Counted from the stretch's first letter, positions 1 to 8,904 are shown. The stretch: DNA of 64,000 nt from an uncultured virus (IMG/VR IMGVR_UViG_3300010158_000044) (IMGVR_UViG_3300010158_000044), one strand, 5' to 3'. The notes: generated by a model not told the origin, from the sequence alone. Numbers and translations are program-made.

Positions 1-21
1 TACTACTAAGGAGAAATAAAA

Positions 22-303
22 ATGGCTACATATGCAGTAATGGGCGGTAATATAGTAAGCAATGTAATAGTTGCTGATGATAAAGAAGATGCGGCTAGAG
101 TTATGGGCGCAGAATTAATTGAATATACAGATGAGAATCCAGCGGGAATTGGTTGGACTTATGATGCAGAGACAGGGCGCTTTACAGCCCCTGAACCAGT
201 GGCGCCTATAGACTCTGCTACTCAAAAACTAATTGATATGGGATTAACCCAAGAAGAGATTAATGCCCTAGTCGCTCAGGTGGCTAACCCTACTGTAGAC
301 TAA
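22..303 (+). CDS. small tail-fibre-associated protein (assembly/chaperone-like)
   Basis: AAGGAG RBS; YAV..GNIVSNVIVA...GIGWTYD...GRF pattern shared with 3946 and 5910 ORFs. Confidence 0.5.
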   Translation: MATYAVMGGNIVSNVIVADDKEDAARVMGAELIEYTDENPAGIGWTYDAETGRFTAPEPVAPIDSATQKLIDMGLTQEEINALVAQVANPTVD

Positions 304-308
304 ACACC

Positions 309-1298
309 ATGAATTTGGTGCAGAGGGCGGTAGAACAAGGCGGTAAGTTAGCCCCCATAGTTTTTCCACACGATCTTACAGCTTTGATGAATCCATCTAT
401 CTACATAGATAGTGATGGGGACATCTTAGTTAACGTCAGGGCTACTAACTATACGTTATACCACTCTGAGAATAAACAACTCTTTCCCTCACCCTGGGGC
501 CCTTTGGCATACCTACACCCTGAAAAAGATCAACGTTTAATTACTGAAAACTACTTAGTAAGGTTAGATAAAAACCTTGAAGTTATTAACCACACAATAA
601 TAGAGATGTTAAATCTACACACTCCTATCTGGGAGTTTGTTGGTTTAGAAGATGCTCGCCTTGTTCAATGGGATAATAAGTATTATATTATTGGGGTGCG
701 GCGTGATACCACAACTAGTGGTCAAGGTCGTATGGAACTTACCCAGATAGATATTGATAAAGAAACTTGGACTGTTAAAGAGGTTAGCCGTGATCGTATC
801 CCGACTCCAGAACCTGATACATCATACTGTGAAAAAAACTGGATGCCTATTGCTGATAGTCCTTATAATTTTATTAAGTGGGCTTCTCCTGTGGAAGTTG
901 TGCAATACATCCCAGAGATCAAAACTACCAAACAAGTATCCCTCAAGCAAGGTATCAGACCAAACAAAGATCAACGTGGGGGGTCTCAACTTGTCAGATG
1001 GGGTGACGGTTACATCTCAATCACCCATGAAGTAGATCTATTTAAAAATTACTTAATTCAAAAAGACGGCATCTATCGTCATAGATTATGTGTCTGGAAT
1101 AACAATCTAGATCTAGTAGGTTTATCTAAACCCTTCTCTTTCCTAGATGCTCGAATTGAATTCTGCGTTGGAGCGGCAGAGCTTGATAGGGATCTACTCC
1201 TAAGCTTTAGCGTCAGCGATAACTGCGCTTTCATTATTCGTACTCCAGGTATATTGGTAGAGGAATTAATCGTGGAGGCCCTTAACTATGAGAATTGA
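309..1298 (+). CDS. five-bladed beta-propeller glycoside hydrolase/phosphorylase-like protein (GH130/DUF377-like)
   Basis: MNPSI, GLEDARL, EKNWMP, RGGSQL, IEFCVG motifs. Confidence 0.65.
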   Translation: MNLVQRAVEQGGKLAPIVFPHDLTALMNPSIYIDSDGDILVNVRATNYTLYHSENKQLFPSPWGPLAYLHPEKDQRLITENYLVRLDKNLEVINHTIIEMLNLHTPIWEFVGLEDARLVQWDNKYYIIGVRRDTTTSGQGRMELTQIDIDKETWTVKEVSRDRIPTPEPDTSYCEKNWMPIADSPYNFIKWASPVEVVQYIPEIKTTKQVSLKQGIRPNKDQRGGSQLVRWGDGYISITHEVDLFKNYLIQKDGIYRHRLCVWNNNLDLVGLSKPFSFLDARIEFCVGAAELDRDLLLSFSVSDNCAFIIRTPGILVEELIVEALNYEN

Positions 1299-1845
1299 AG
1301 AGTTGATAGTAGACCTGTCTAAGGATCCTTTTAACCCGGAGTTAAACTTTAGGGTAGCGGTTAAGTACGAAGATCTTAAGCAAGCAGCTTCTGCTATAAC
1401 CTTTTATTTGAGGACTGCTGAATATGGGGTAGATACCCACAATGACCTGGCGTATGCTTCCCTATTAAAAATGGCGGTTTGTCTTTCTACCCAAAATAAC
1501 AGAGAGCATACGGTACTTAATTGTTGGCGCCAAGCTTTGATAGTTAACCCGGATCGTCCTGAAGCTTATTTTATTATGGCCCAGTATCATGAACAAAAAG
1601 CGGAATGGCATGAAGCCTATACCTGGGCAGTTATGGGCCTTTCTAAAGTTGAGCAAACGCCCCTGCCCGTTGATGTAGGTTACCCTGGAAACTTTGCCCT
1701 AGAGTTTGAAAAAGCGGTTGCTGGTTGGTGGATAGGAAGAGCCGAAGAGTCAAAAGCTATATTTTCCAAACTACTTACTATGGACATTCCTAGTAACTAT
1801 GTGGAAGCCATTATAGATAATTTTAAGCGTATAAACCCTTCCTAA
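1288..1845 (+). CDS. TPR-like helical repeat protein
   Basis: QAL..NPDRPEAYF..A TPR-like segments; overlaps upstream gene. Confidence 0.65.
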   Translation: MRIEELIVDLSKDPFNPELNFRVAVKYEDLKQAASAITFYLRTAEYGVDTHNDLAYASLLKMAVCLSTQNNREHTVLNCWRQALIVNPDRPEAYFIMAQYHEQKAEWHEAYTWAVMGLSKVEQTPLPVDVGYPGNFALEFEKAVAGWWIGRAEESKAIFSKLLTMDIPSNYVEAIIDNFKRINPS

Positions 1846-1889
1846 TAGATATCCCTCCTGCTATAGTAGGGGCATAACTAAGGAGCACC

Positions 1890-2813
1890 ATGACAGCTGT
1901 ATTTCCTAATAGCGTACGAAACTACACCGCTCAACAGGACCTTGTAAACACCGTTATTGCTGACAACGTTAACTCTCTGCAAGAAGAAGTAAAGCAGATT
2001 GAGACAGTTATCGGTAGTGCGGCCACGTCACAAAATCCTCTTGTCTCTACATGGTCTGGGTCGTTCTCTCAAAGTACAACTTGGGGAACTCTCTATGATC
2101 GTATTGCTAATATTGAGGCGGGAATTTTACAAGGTACGTCTTCTGGACCTTATGTTTTTAAATCCGGTGGAAGCACAATTACCGTAACTACAGCAACCGC
2201 TGCCCCAGGATTAACTCTTACTACAAGTTCCGGAACTAATAATCTTCTTACCGCAGGAATCTTTACCCTAAGCTCTACTGGCCTACCACAAGTTAGCGGA
2301 AGTAACGTTCTCTATGTAGGTAGTTCAGACTATACAACTTTAACTTCTGCTACCTCTGCGGCATCAACTGCTGCGGCAGCTAAGATTCCTTTATCTACCG
2401 TAACAACTGCCGGTGATCTTATACTTGGAACTGGAAATGCTACGGTCGGTCGTTTAGGTATCGGTACTACCGGATATGCTCTTGTAAGCAATGGCACTAC
2501 TGCTGCTTGGGCTATCCCTACAGATACCTCTAAAATCCCTCTAGCGACCGTTACAGCGGTTGGAGACCTTATCCTAGGGTCAGGAGCTGGGGCTGTTTCT
2601 AGACTCGGTCTAGGGGCCTCTGGAACCGTTTTAACAAGCAATGGTACGACCGCAACATGGGCTACCCCAACTACCTACCTAGCTACAGCTAACGCTGCGG
2701 TTACTGCAGCAAACACATCTTCTGGCGTAGTTCGTAATATTTATTTAAACACTGCGGCACCTTCTACTACCACAGGATATCTTGATGGAGATATTTGGTT
2801 GGTCTACGTATAA
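1890..2813 (+). CDS. virion structural/tail fibre protein with two 50-aa repeats
   Basis: AAGGAG RBS; Thr/Ser/Gly-rich; KIPL.TVT..GDLILG.G...V.RLG.G..G..L.SNGTTA.W twice; C-terminal DGDIW motif. Confidence 0.65.
   Translation: MTAVFPNSVRNYTAQQDLVNTVIADNVNSLQEEVKQIETVIGSAATSQNPLVSTWSGSFSQSTTWGTLYDRIANIEAGILQGTSSGPYVFKSGGSTITVTTATAAPGLTLTTSSGTNNLLTAGIFTLSSTGLPQVSGSNVLYVGSSDYTTLTSATSAASTAAAAKIPLSTVTTAGDLILGTGNATVGRLGIGTTGYALVSNGTTAAWAIPTDTSKIPLATVTAVGDLILGSGAGAVSRLGLGASGTVLTSNGTTATWATPTTYLATANAAVTAANTSSGVVRNIYLNTAAPSTTTGYLDGDIWLVYV
2382..2670 (+). repeat. 150-nt-period intragenic duplication (2 copies)
   Basis: repeat units start at 2382 and 2532. Confidence 0.8.
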
Positions 2814-3937
2814 TGCAAGGTCAGATTAAAGTAGGTGGGTCTTGGAACCATGCCGCTAAAACTATATTTGTAAAGGTAACTACAGGGGGGGCCTCTGGTT
2901 GGCATAACGTAACCTCTGGTTGGGTTAAAGTTAGCGGTGTATGGAAAAAATGGTTTTTATCTACTTTCTTAGATAACTTTCAACGTACTACTAGCGCCAC
3001 TTCTTTAGGCTCTCCTGATGGAATTAAAACTTGGAGTAACATTCGCGGTGCTTGGGGCATTGTAAGTAACACAGCAACAGCTAATTCTGCTGCCAGTACA
3101 TACCCAATTGCAACTATTGACTTTGGTTCTACAGATGTAACGATTCTTCAAGATGGCTTAACTCCAGGTGTTGGTGCTGCTTTTTGGGTGACTGATAGCA
3201 ATAACTGGTGGGCTACGGCTACTAATGAAACTCAAAACTCTCAAACTCAATATGTAGCTGGTAGTACTAGCTACGGTACTTGTTATTCCCCCGCTACTAC
3301 TAACTACGGCACTTGCTATAACGCTGGAAATCCCAACTATGGTACATGTACTGGTGGTGGAAATATCTATTTTGGTACTTGCTCTACCCCTGGAAATACT
3401 ATCTATGGCACCTGTTATTCTTACGTTTACGGCAGTTATTACAATTCCTATACATGTGCTATCGGAACTAATCCAACCACTTATTATTCATGTTCTGGAG
3501 TTAACCCGACGTATAATTATTCTTGTCCTGATGGTGGTAGTAACACTGGAAATTCTTTTTCCTGTCCTTCAGGAAGTAACGCAGCTTATAATTATACTTG
3601 CGCTACTGGAACTAATGCGCCATATTATACAACTACGTACTCTTATGCCTATACAGTAAATGTTCTTAAGTCTATAGCTGGAACAATTACTACGGCAGCA
3701 ACGTTTACTTTTTCATCTTTAGTTGTTGGCCTTAAAACATTAATATACGGATCAACAGGAAACATAACTGTTAGGGCCTATTCAGCTTCAGGATTTGGCA
3801 GTCAAATTGGCTCTGATCAGACCTATACAGCCCCAAGTTACACAGCAACTACAACTCATGGTATAATTCTTGCTCCAGCAAACTATGCACAGGGCACTAC
3901 ATTTTCTAGTTACGAAGTAGACTTTATAACAATTTAG
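2813..3937 (+). CDS. tail fibre/receptor-binding protein with Cys/Tyr-rich insert
   Basis: TAATG-coupled start at 2813; N-terminal KVGGSW/VKVSGVWK repeats, lectin-like beta-rich body, 10 regularly spaced Cys. Confidence 0.6.
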   Translation: MQGQIKVGGSWNHAAKTIFVKVTTGGASGWHNVTSGWVKVSGVWKKWFLSTFLDNFQRTTSATSLGSPDGIKTWSNIRGAWGIVSNTATANSAASTYPIATIDFGSTDVTILQDGLTPGVGAAFWVTDSNNWWATATNETQNSQTQYVAGSTSYGTCYSPATTNYGTCYNAGNPNYGTCTGGGNIYFGTCSTPGNTIYGTCYSYVYGSYYNSYTCAIGTNPTTYYSCSGVNPTYNYSCPDGGSNTGNSFSCPSGSNAAYNYTCATGTNAPYYTTTYSYAYTVNVLKSIAGTITTAATFTFSSLVVGLKTLIYGSTGNITVRAYSASGFGSQIGSDQTYTAPSYTATTTHGIILAPANYAQGTTFSSYEVDFITI

Positions 3938-3945
3938 GGATAAAA

Positions 3946-4281
3946 ATGGCATTTAAAAATCGGTACAAAGAAGAACTTAAACAATACAAAAATAACAAAA
4001 GAAAAAACTTTATAAAATCTTTGCCGCATAAATTAGGTTTTCATTTTCATTGGTATAAAGACTTACAAATGAAAAATATTATAGAACAAAATTTATTGCC
4101 AGATACCTCTTCTGTTAATAAACATCTTGCTTTTATAATAGATGATGAAGTAGTAGAGATCATGCACTGTCAAGAAAGATTAGCTGCTATTTTATTAAGT
4201 AATCCAAAAATTGTTGAAGTATTAGACCTTACTATGGTTAAAGTTGGATATAAATATAAAAACAATAAGTTTATAAAATAA
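3946..4281 (+). CDS. hypothetical protein, paralogue of 5910..6173
   Basis: LAFIIDDEVVEIM...LAAILLSNP.IV. Confidence 0.6.
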   Translation: MAFKNRYKEELKQYKNNKRKNFIKSLPHKLGFHFHWYKDLQMKNIIEQNLLPDTSSVNKHLAFIIDDEVVEIMHCQERLAAILLSNPKIVEVLDLTMVKVGYKYKNNKFIK

Positions 4282-4297
4282 CTTTTAAGGAGGCAAA

Positions 4298-5056
4298 ATG
4301 TATAAAAAAATAGAGTTTGTACTAGATTCTGGATACACTCTTCCAATTAATATTCCAATACCCGCAGCATCAATTTTACCTAATTGGTGGAAAGAAGGGG
4401 AATCTTTTATTAATAGAGAAACTGGTGCTTTAGATATGAGTACCCCAGATTTAAAAGCTGCAGGTATGAAATCTTGCATGCCATTTCTTGATGCTCTTAA
4501 TTCAGGTTATTTTCTTACTACTTGGGTTGATATTGAAATTACTAAAAATGACGGGGTAGAAATTAAGTACAAATATTTAGATAAAAATTCTAAGGGGGAA
4601 AATATTTATAGCGCCATTGATTGGGGAATGGTTAAAGAAAGAAATGGAGCTATTGGGTATACGATTCCACGTCCTGCCGGTCATTCTCACAATCACATGG
4701 TATGGGATAGTAAATGGGGTTGGGAAGTTCCTAAGGGGTGGAGCGTGCTTGTTACACATCCTTTAAACCAAGCACAATTACCTTTTACAACATTATCCGC
4801 TATAGTAGACAGTGATAGATATGTCCCTCATGGAAATATTCCTTTCTTTTTGAAAGAAGGTTGGACAGGTGTTATTGAAAAAGGAACTCCTTTTGCTCAG
4901 TTAATACCGATTAATCGGCAAGAATGGATGGCTACCTCTAAAGTAGCCGGTCCTAAAGAAAAATTTATTGCCAATAAAGCTAGGTCTGTGCAATTTGGTT
5001 ATTATAGGTCTAAACTTTGGGTACCTAAAAAATATAGAAATGATACAGATGTTTAA
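4298..5056 (+). CDS. conserved phage hypothetical protein (DUF6065-like), paralogue A
   Basis: AAGGAGG RBS; P.WW, K.C.PFLD..GY, P.GWS.L.THP.N, VD.D, GTP.AQ..P. Confidence 0.6.
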   Translation: MYKKIEFVLDSGYTLPINIPIPAASILPNWWKEGESFINRETGALDMSTPDLKAAGMKSCMPFLDALNSGYFLTTWVDIEITKNDGVEIKYKYLDKNSKGENIYSAIDWGMVKERNGAIGYTIPRPAGHSHNHMVWDSKWGWEVPKGWSVLVTHPLNQAQLPFTTLSAIVDSDRYVPHGNIPFFLKEGWTGVIEKGTPFAQLIPINRQEWMATSKVAGPKEKFIANKARSVQFGYYRSKLWVPKKYRNDTDV

Positions 5057-5837
5057 AAATAATAAAAAATTAAGCATTACGCCAACAAAAGATAACACAA
5101 TTGAGTTTTTGCTTACTGATACTGATTTAAATAGTTCCCCCGTAAATATAGTAAGGGGCATAGATAAAATACCTGACTGGTATAAAGACCTTACTATTAG
5201 AACTTCAATTACTCATGAAGAAGAAAATGTTACGCACACTAATTTTACAATTAAACGTTGCATTCCTGTGTTAGATGTTTTAACTTTAGGGTACTATATT
5301 GTTACCGCTAGAGACTATACATTTAAGTATGATGAGGAAAAAGGTCACCATACAATATCCGGGGCTTTTAATACATCCTATCAACCAGTAAGTATGCACC
5401 CCATAGAACAACTTGGGGGTATGCCATTTTCTTCTGAGTATTGTGTCTTTGCCTATAAGTGGATTAACCCATATGTAATCAAAACTCCAGCTGGGTATAG
5501 CTCTTTGATAAGTCATCCATCTAATTCCCCATACCTACCCTTTTATACCCTTGGTGGGGTTGTAGATACAGACTCTTATTTTAGGCCTATAAATTTTCCA
5601 TTCCTTGTTAAGAATACGTTTAGTGGGGTTTTACCCGCAGGAACCCCTATAGCCCAGATTACCCCTTTTAAAAGAGATGAGTGGTCTTCAAAAATTATCA
5701 CTAACCCTTCCGATGAATTTAGGGTAAGCCAAAATTTGTTAACAGAACAGTACGAAAAAGATAGGCAAGGGCCTGGCGGCAAGGAAGTAGGCGGGGTTTA
5801 TAAAAAGCTTTACCGCACTAAAAAACGGTATCTTTAA
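5049..5837 (+). CDS. conserved phage hypothetical protein (DUF6065-like), paralogue B
   Basis: same motifs as 4298..5056; start could be 5040 or 5049. Confidence 0.6.
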   Translation: MFKNNKKLSITPTKDNTIEFLLTDTDLNSSPVNIVRGIDKIPDWYKDLTIRTSITHEEENVTHTNFTIKRCIPVLDVLTLGYYIVTARDYTFKYDEEKGHHTISGAFNTSYQPVSMHPIEQLGGMPFSSEYCVFAYKWINPYVIKTPAGYSSLISHPSNSPYLPFYTLGGVVDTDSYFRPINFPFLVKNTFSGVLPAGTPIAQITPFKRDEWSSKIITNPSDEFRVSQNLLTEQYEKDRQGPGGKEVGGVYKKLYRTKKRYL

Positions 5838-5909
5838 TACTATAGGTCTTACTTATATAAGTTTCCTGTATACTATAGGAAATTGGTAAATTAATTTTAG
5901 GAGATTTTA

Positions 5910-6173
5910 ATGGCTACTGAGTCAAATAATAAGCAAATAGATCCGTACCGTGATGACCTGCCTAAGGTAGCACTTATTGTTGGTACCGAAGTTCTACAGG
6001 TTATGGCTGTTGAAGAGTCTACTCTTGCAGCTTTTAAAAGCAACCCAATTTTTGTGGATCTAGGTTTTAATACTGATAGAATTATGCAGGGTGATACATA
6101 TAACCCAAGCACAGGTAAATTCACTCGTTATGAAGATGTTCTTGCTGCACGTGCTAAGGCTGCCGGTAACTAA
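5910..6173 (+). CDS. hypothetical protein, paralogue of 3946..4281
   Basis: AGGAG RBS; VALIVGTEVLQVM...LAAFKSNP.FV. Confidence 0.65.
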   Translation: MATESNNKQIDPYRDDLPKVALIVGTEVLQVMAVEESTLAAFKSNPIFVDLGFNTDRIMQGDTYNPSTGKFTRYEDVLAARAKAAGN

Positions 6174-6194
6174 GTTTTGTAGGGGAGGCAAAAA

Positions 6195-6443
6195 ATGAAT
6201 CCTTGGGAAGAATATAAAGCTAAAAACGGAGTTACTCCTTTAGATTTATTGAGACTTAAAAGTCAAACAATTCCTAAAGAAAAAGCTGACGCTAGGTATA
6301 CCATATGTTTATCTTGTCCTTTTTTGCAAAAAATGACGAAGCAGTGTTTAAAGTGTGGATGCTTTATGGCAGCAAAAACTAAGTTAGATTTAGCAACATG
6401 TCCCATTGGTAAATGGGGCGAATACACCGAAGATACGGAGTAA
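6195..6443 (+). CDS. small six-Cys protein (DUF6171-like)
   Basis: GGAGG RBS; R..IC..C...QC.KCGCFM.AK..L..A.CP.GKW. Confidence 0.65.
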   Translation: MNPWEEYKAKNGVTPLDLLRLKSQTIPKEKADARYTICLSCPFLQKMTKQCLKCGCFMAAKTKLDLATCPIGKWGEYTEDTE

Positions 6444-6445
6444 AG

Positions 6446-7027
6446 ATGCGTGGAGACCAAAAAGAGGGACGCTTCAACATCCAGTATGAACGTGGGTCTT
6501 TTGTCTCCGGTACTATTACTGAATTAGTACAGACTGTCGGTACATTTGTAGACTGGTGGATTTTTGATCCAGTAAATACTGCGGTAGATCCAATCTATGA
6601 TGTGGGTTCATCAGTAGTTGGTGGAGGTCGTAAGTGGCTTAGCCCATTTACTATACCTGTAGTTAATGCCCATTTAGAGCAGGGTGCTACGGTACAGAAC
6701 GACCGTGGTTTCTATAACACAGATATCTTAACCGTTACAATTAACGTTGATGTTATTGAAAACCATCTAAACTTTTATGGTGGAAATGCGGCCAATCGTC
6801 GTGAGCTTTCAACTATAGAGATAAACCCAGACGCATACCTGCGTGATAGAATCGTATTCAGAAATGAAGTATTCTCTCCGACACAGGTATCACCACACGG
6901 TATAATTAAGAACAAATACACCTTGTTACAGATATCCTGTGAACAGGTAAATCCGGAAGAACTAGTAAATGACGCGCAGTTCCAGCGCTATGCTGGTTAT
7001 TCTGCCTTTGATCAGACTTCACTATAG
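6446..7027 (+). CDS. head-tail joining/neck protein (putative)
   Basis: position ahead of the tail operon; beta-rich, DPIYDVG and DRIVFRNEVF segments. Confidence 0.45.
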   Translation: MRGDQKEGRFNIQYERGSFVSGTITELVQTVGTFVDWWIFDPVNTAVDPIYDVGSSVVGGGRKWLSPFTIPVVNAHLEQGATVQNDRGFYNTDILTVTINVDVIENHLNFYGGNAANRRELSTIEINPDAYLRDRIVFRNEVFSPTQVSPHGIIKNKYTLLQISCEQVNPEELVNDAQFQRYAGYSAFDQTSL

Positions 7028-7035
7028 GGGTAAAA

Positions 7036-7242
7036 ATGGCAAAACTAAAGGTTAGTGGCAAAGTCCACGTAGTAAAGAAGAATAAAAAGGGCGACGTTAT
7101 AGTTGACCATGCGGGGAAAAATGACCCTAAGTGGGATAAGATTAACCTCACCAAGAAAGCTGGAGCTAAGACAGTTAAAGAAGGCGTCAAGGCAACTAAA
7201 GAATGGCATAAGAAAAACCCCCATACGAAAGGTAAGAAATAA
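7036..7242 (+). CDS. small Lys-rich protein
   Basis: 68-aa ORF, first of a TAATG-coupled chain. Confidence 0.7.
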   Translation: MAKLKVSGKVHVVKKNKKGDVIVDHAGKNDPKWDKINLTKKAGAKTVKEGVKATKEWHKKNPHTKGKK

Positions 7243-7436
7243 TGGCAACCCCAACAAAAGCCTGCGAAAGCTGCAAAGGCACTGGAAAAGTTGTAGACAA
7301 CGCTAAGAAGATGCACATTGATTCTGGCAAAGAGCGCGTTAGTAAAAAAGACTCTTCAGGATCATACCCAAGCCGTAAGACTGATAACATCAAGGGCCGT
7401 GAGACTAATAACATCAAGGGTAGGGGTAAGAAGTAA
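7242..7436 (+). CDS. small basic protein with CxxCxGxG motif
   Basis: TAATG coupling at both ends; CESCKGTG. Confidence 0.65.
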   Translation: MATPTKACESCKGTGKVVDNAKKMHIDSGKERVSKKDSSGSYPSRKTDNIKGRETNNIKGRGKK

Positions 7437-7579
7437 TGTGTGCTACCTGTGGCTGTGGTAAGCCAAAAGATAAGCATGGCATGAAGACCCTATCTGCTGC
7501 TAATAAAAAGTTTGCTAAAAAGTCTAACTCAAAAAGTAAGGCTAAGAAGACTAGCGCAGTAAGAAAGAAAGGCATGTAA
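7436..7579 (+). CDS. 47-aa Lys-rich protein starting MCATCGCG
   Basis: read manually (below ORF-track cutoff); TAATG coupling at both ends. Confidence 0.7.
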   Translation: MCATCGCGKPKDKHGMKTLSAANKKFAKKSNSKSKAKKTSAVRKKGM

Positions 7580-7755
7580 TGGCTCACAATGATAAGAAGT
7601 TTGAAAAAGGCATGACCCCGGCTCAAAAGAAGAAGTTTGAAAAGCAGGACGAAAAGAATGATGCCAAGCTAGCCGATAAAGTTAAAGGCAAAAAGAAAGC
7701 CTGTACTTGCGGTAAGTGCAAAGATTGTAAAGCAAAAAAAGCTAAAAAGAAGTAA
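7579..7755 (+). CDS. 58-aa Lys-rich protein with CxCxxCxxC motif
   Basis: read manually: MAHNDKKFEKG...KACTCGKCKDCKAKKAKKK; followed by terminator. Confidence 0.7.
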   Translation: MAHNDKKFEKGMTPAQKKKFEKQDEKNDAKLADKVKGKKKACTCGKCKDCKAKKAKKK

Positions 7756-7761
7756 CGACTT

Positions 7762-7784
7762 AGCCCCCCAAGTGGGGGCTTTTT
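7762..7784 (+). terminator. intrinsic terminator
   Basis: AGCCCCC-caagt-GGGGGCT followed by TTTT. Confidence 0.85.
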
Positions 7785-7860
7785 CGTTTATTATAGGGAA
7801 CGACGCCAGAGCAATCTGGAACCCTGCTTGTAACACCCTGCGCCTTCCTATGGAGGAATT

Positions 7861-8022
7861 ATGATTAATTTAGCTAATCGGCTTGCTCGTGAAGAGACTG
7901 ATGCCGATAAACAGGAGTTTGTTCGTGGCTTAGCCAGCCTTAACCAAAACGGTGGTAAGAAAATCGTTGTTGGTTTTGCTGCGGGGTTTTTGCTATCGAA
8001 GTGGCTCCGTAACCGTGGCTAA
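7861..8022 (+). CDS. 53-aa protein with C-terminal hydrophobic helix
   Basis: read manually; GGAGG RBS at 7852; MINLANRLAREE...IVVGFAAGFLLSKWLRNRG. Confidence 0.65.
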   Translation: MINLANRLAREETDADKQEFVRGLASLNQNGGKKIVVGFAAGFLLSKWLRNRG

Positions 8023-8284
8023 TATTAAAAAACTCTTCAATAGTGCTATAGTCAAAGCGGAAAAACAAGTAATCCCTCACTATACTGCAAAGCTTCGTAG
8101 CCATGCAACTTCATATGGCTGGCCTGCAGAAATTACAGATCATATTAAAATTTCTCACAATGGTACTGGCCATTCTATTTCTTACCCACAAAAAATTGAA
8201 GAAGCCGTACTTACATTAGAGTATGGAACTCAACATGTTCCTCCTGCTCCGGCTTTACGCACATTTGTTTTAGGGGTTAAATAA
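8015..8284 (+). CDS. putative neck/tail-completion protein
   Basis: GTG start overlapping previous stop; LEYGT...PP.P.LR motif reminiscent of HK97 gp10-like proteins. Confidence 0.5.
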   Translation: MANIKKLFNSAIVKAEKQVIPHYTAKLRSHATSYGWPAEITDHIKISHNGTGHSISYPQKIEEAVLTLEYGTQHVPPAPALRTFVLGVK

Positions 8285-8904
8285 TGCCATTTATTATTAA
8301 TGAGGATGCTGCATTAAAAACTCTACTCTCAGGTATCACAGTATCTGATAGTGGAAATGCCACCCGCCCAGTTGCTGTTTACTATGGCCAACCAGATAAA
8401 GATATCCGTCAACAGAGCTACCCGTATATAACTTTAGATTTAGTAGGTGTTCGTGAAGATATCGAACGCGCTCATCGCGGAAGTGTAGACCTTACCTATA
8501 CTCCTGAAGGTATGACTCCAAATTACACTACTGAAAGTCAACCAGTTAACTTTCCTATCCCGGTAGACCTTATCTACCAAGTCTCCACATGGTCTCGTCA
8601 ACCTCGTCATGATCGTCAGATTATGGCTAAGTTATTTGCACCTGGCAGACTACCACTTAGATTTGGGCAACTCACCATCCCAGAAGATAGCACTATGCGT
8701 CGTCTAGATATGTTGGGCTTCTCAAAAAGAGATACTACTGAAGGTGGCAAACGCCTATTCAGTAATGTCTATAATATTCGAATCAGTGCAGAACTGTTCC
8801 CTGATCAACTCAGCGCAGTTTATACTGTAACCGATGTCAATACATCACTAGGGTATCAAACTACCCTTAACGCAACTATTTGGCAAACAACCCCGTCTCA
8901 CTAA
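8284..8904 (+). CDS. tail terminator/completion protein
   Basis: immediately upstream of sheath; YPYITL, PVDLIYQV motifs. Confidence 0.55.
   Translation: MPFIINEDAALKTLLSGITVSDSGNATRPVAVYYGQPDKDIRQQSYPYITLDLVGVREDIERAHRGSVDLTYTPEGMTPNYTTESQPVNFPIPVDLIYQVSTWSRQPRHDRQIMAKLFAPGRLPLRFGQLTIPEDSTMRRLDMLGFSKRDTTEGGKRLFSNVYNIRISAELFPDQLSAVYTVTDVNTSLGYQTTLNATIWQTTPSH

Noticed and set aside
3272..3640. Asn/Tyr-rich repeats as a diversity-generating retroelement variable region
   Set aside because: No reverse transcriptase and no near-identical template repeat seen in the window; the repeats are protein-level with synonymous divergence
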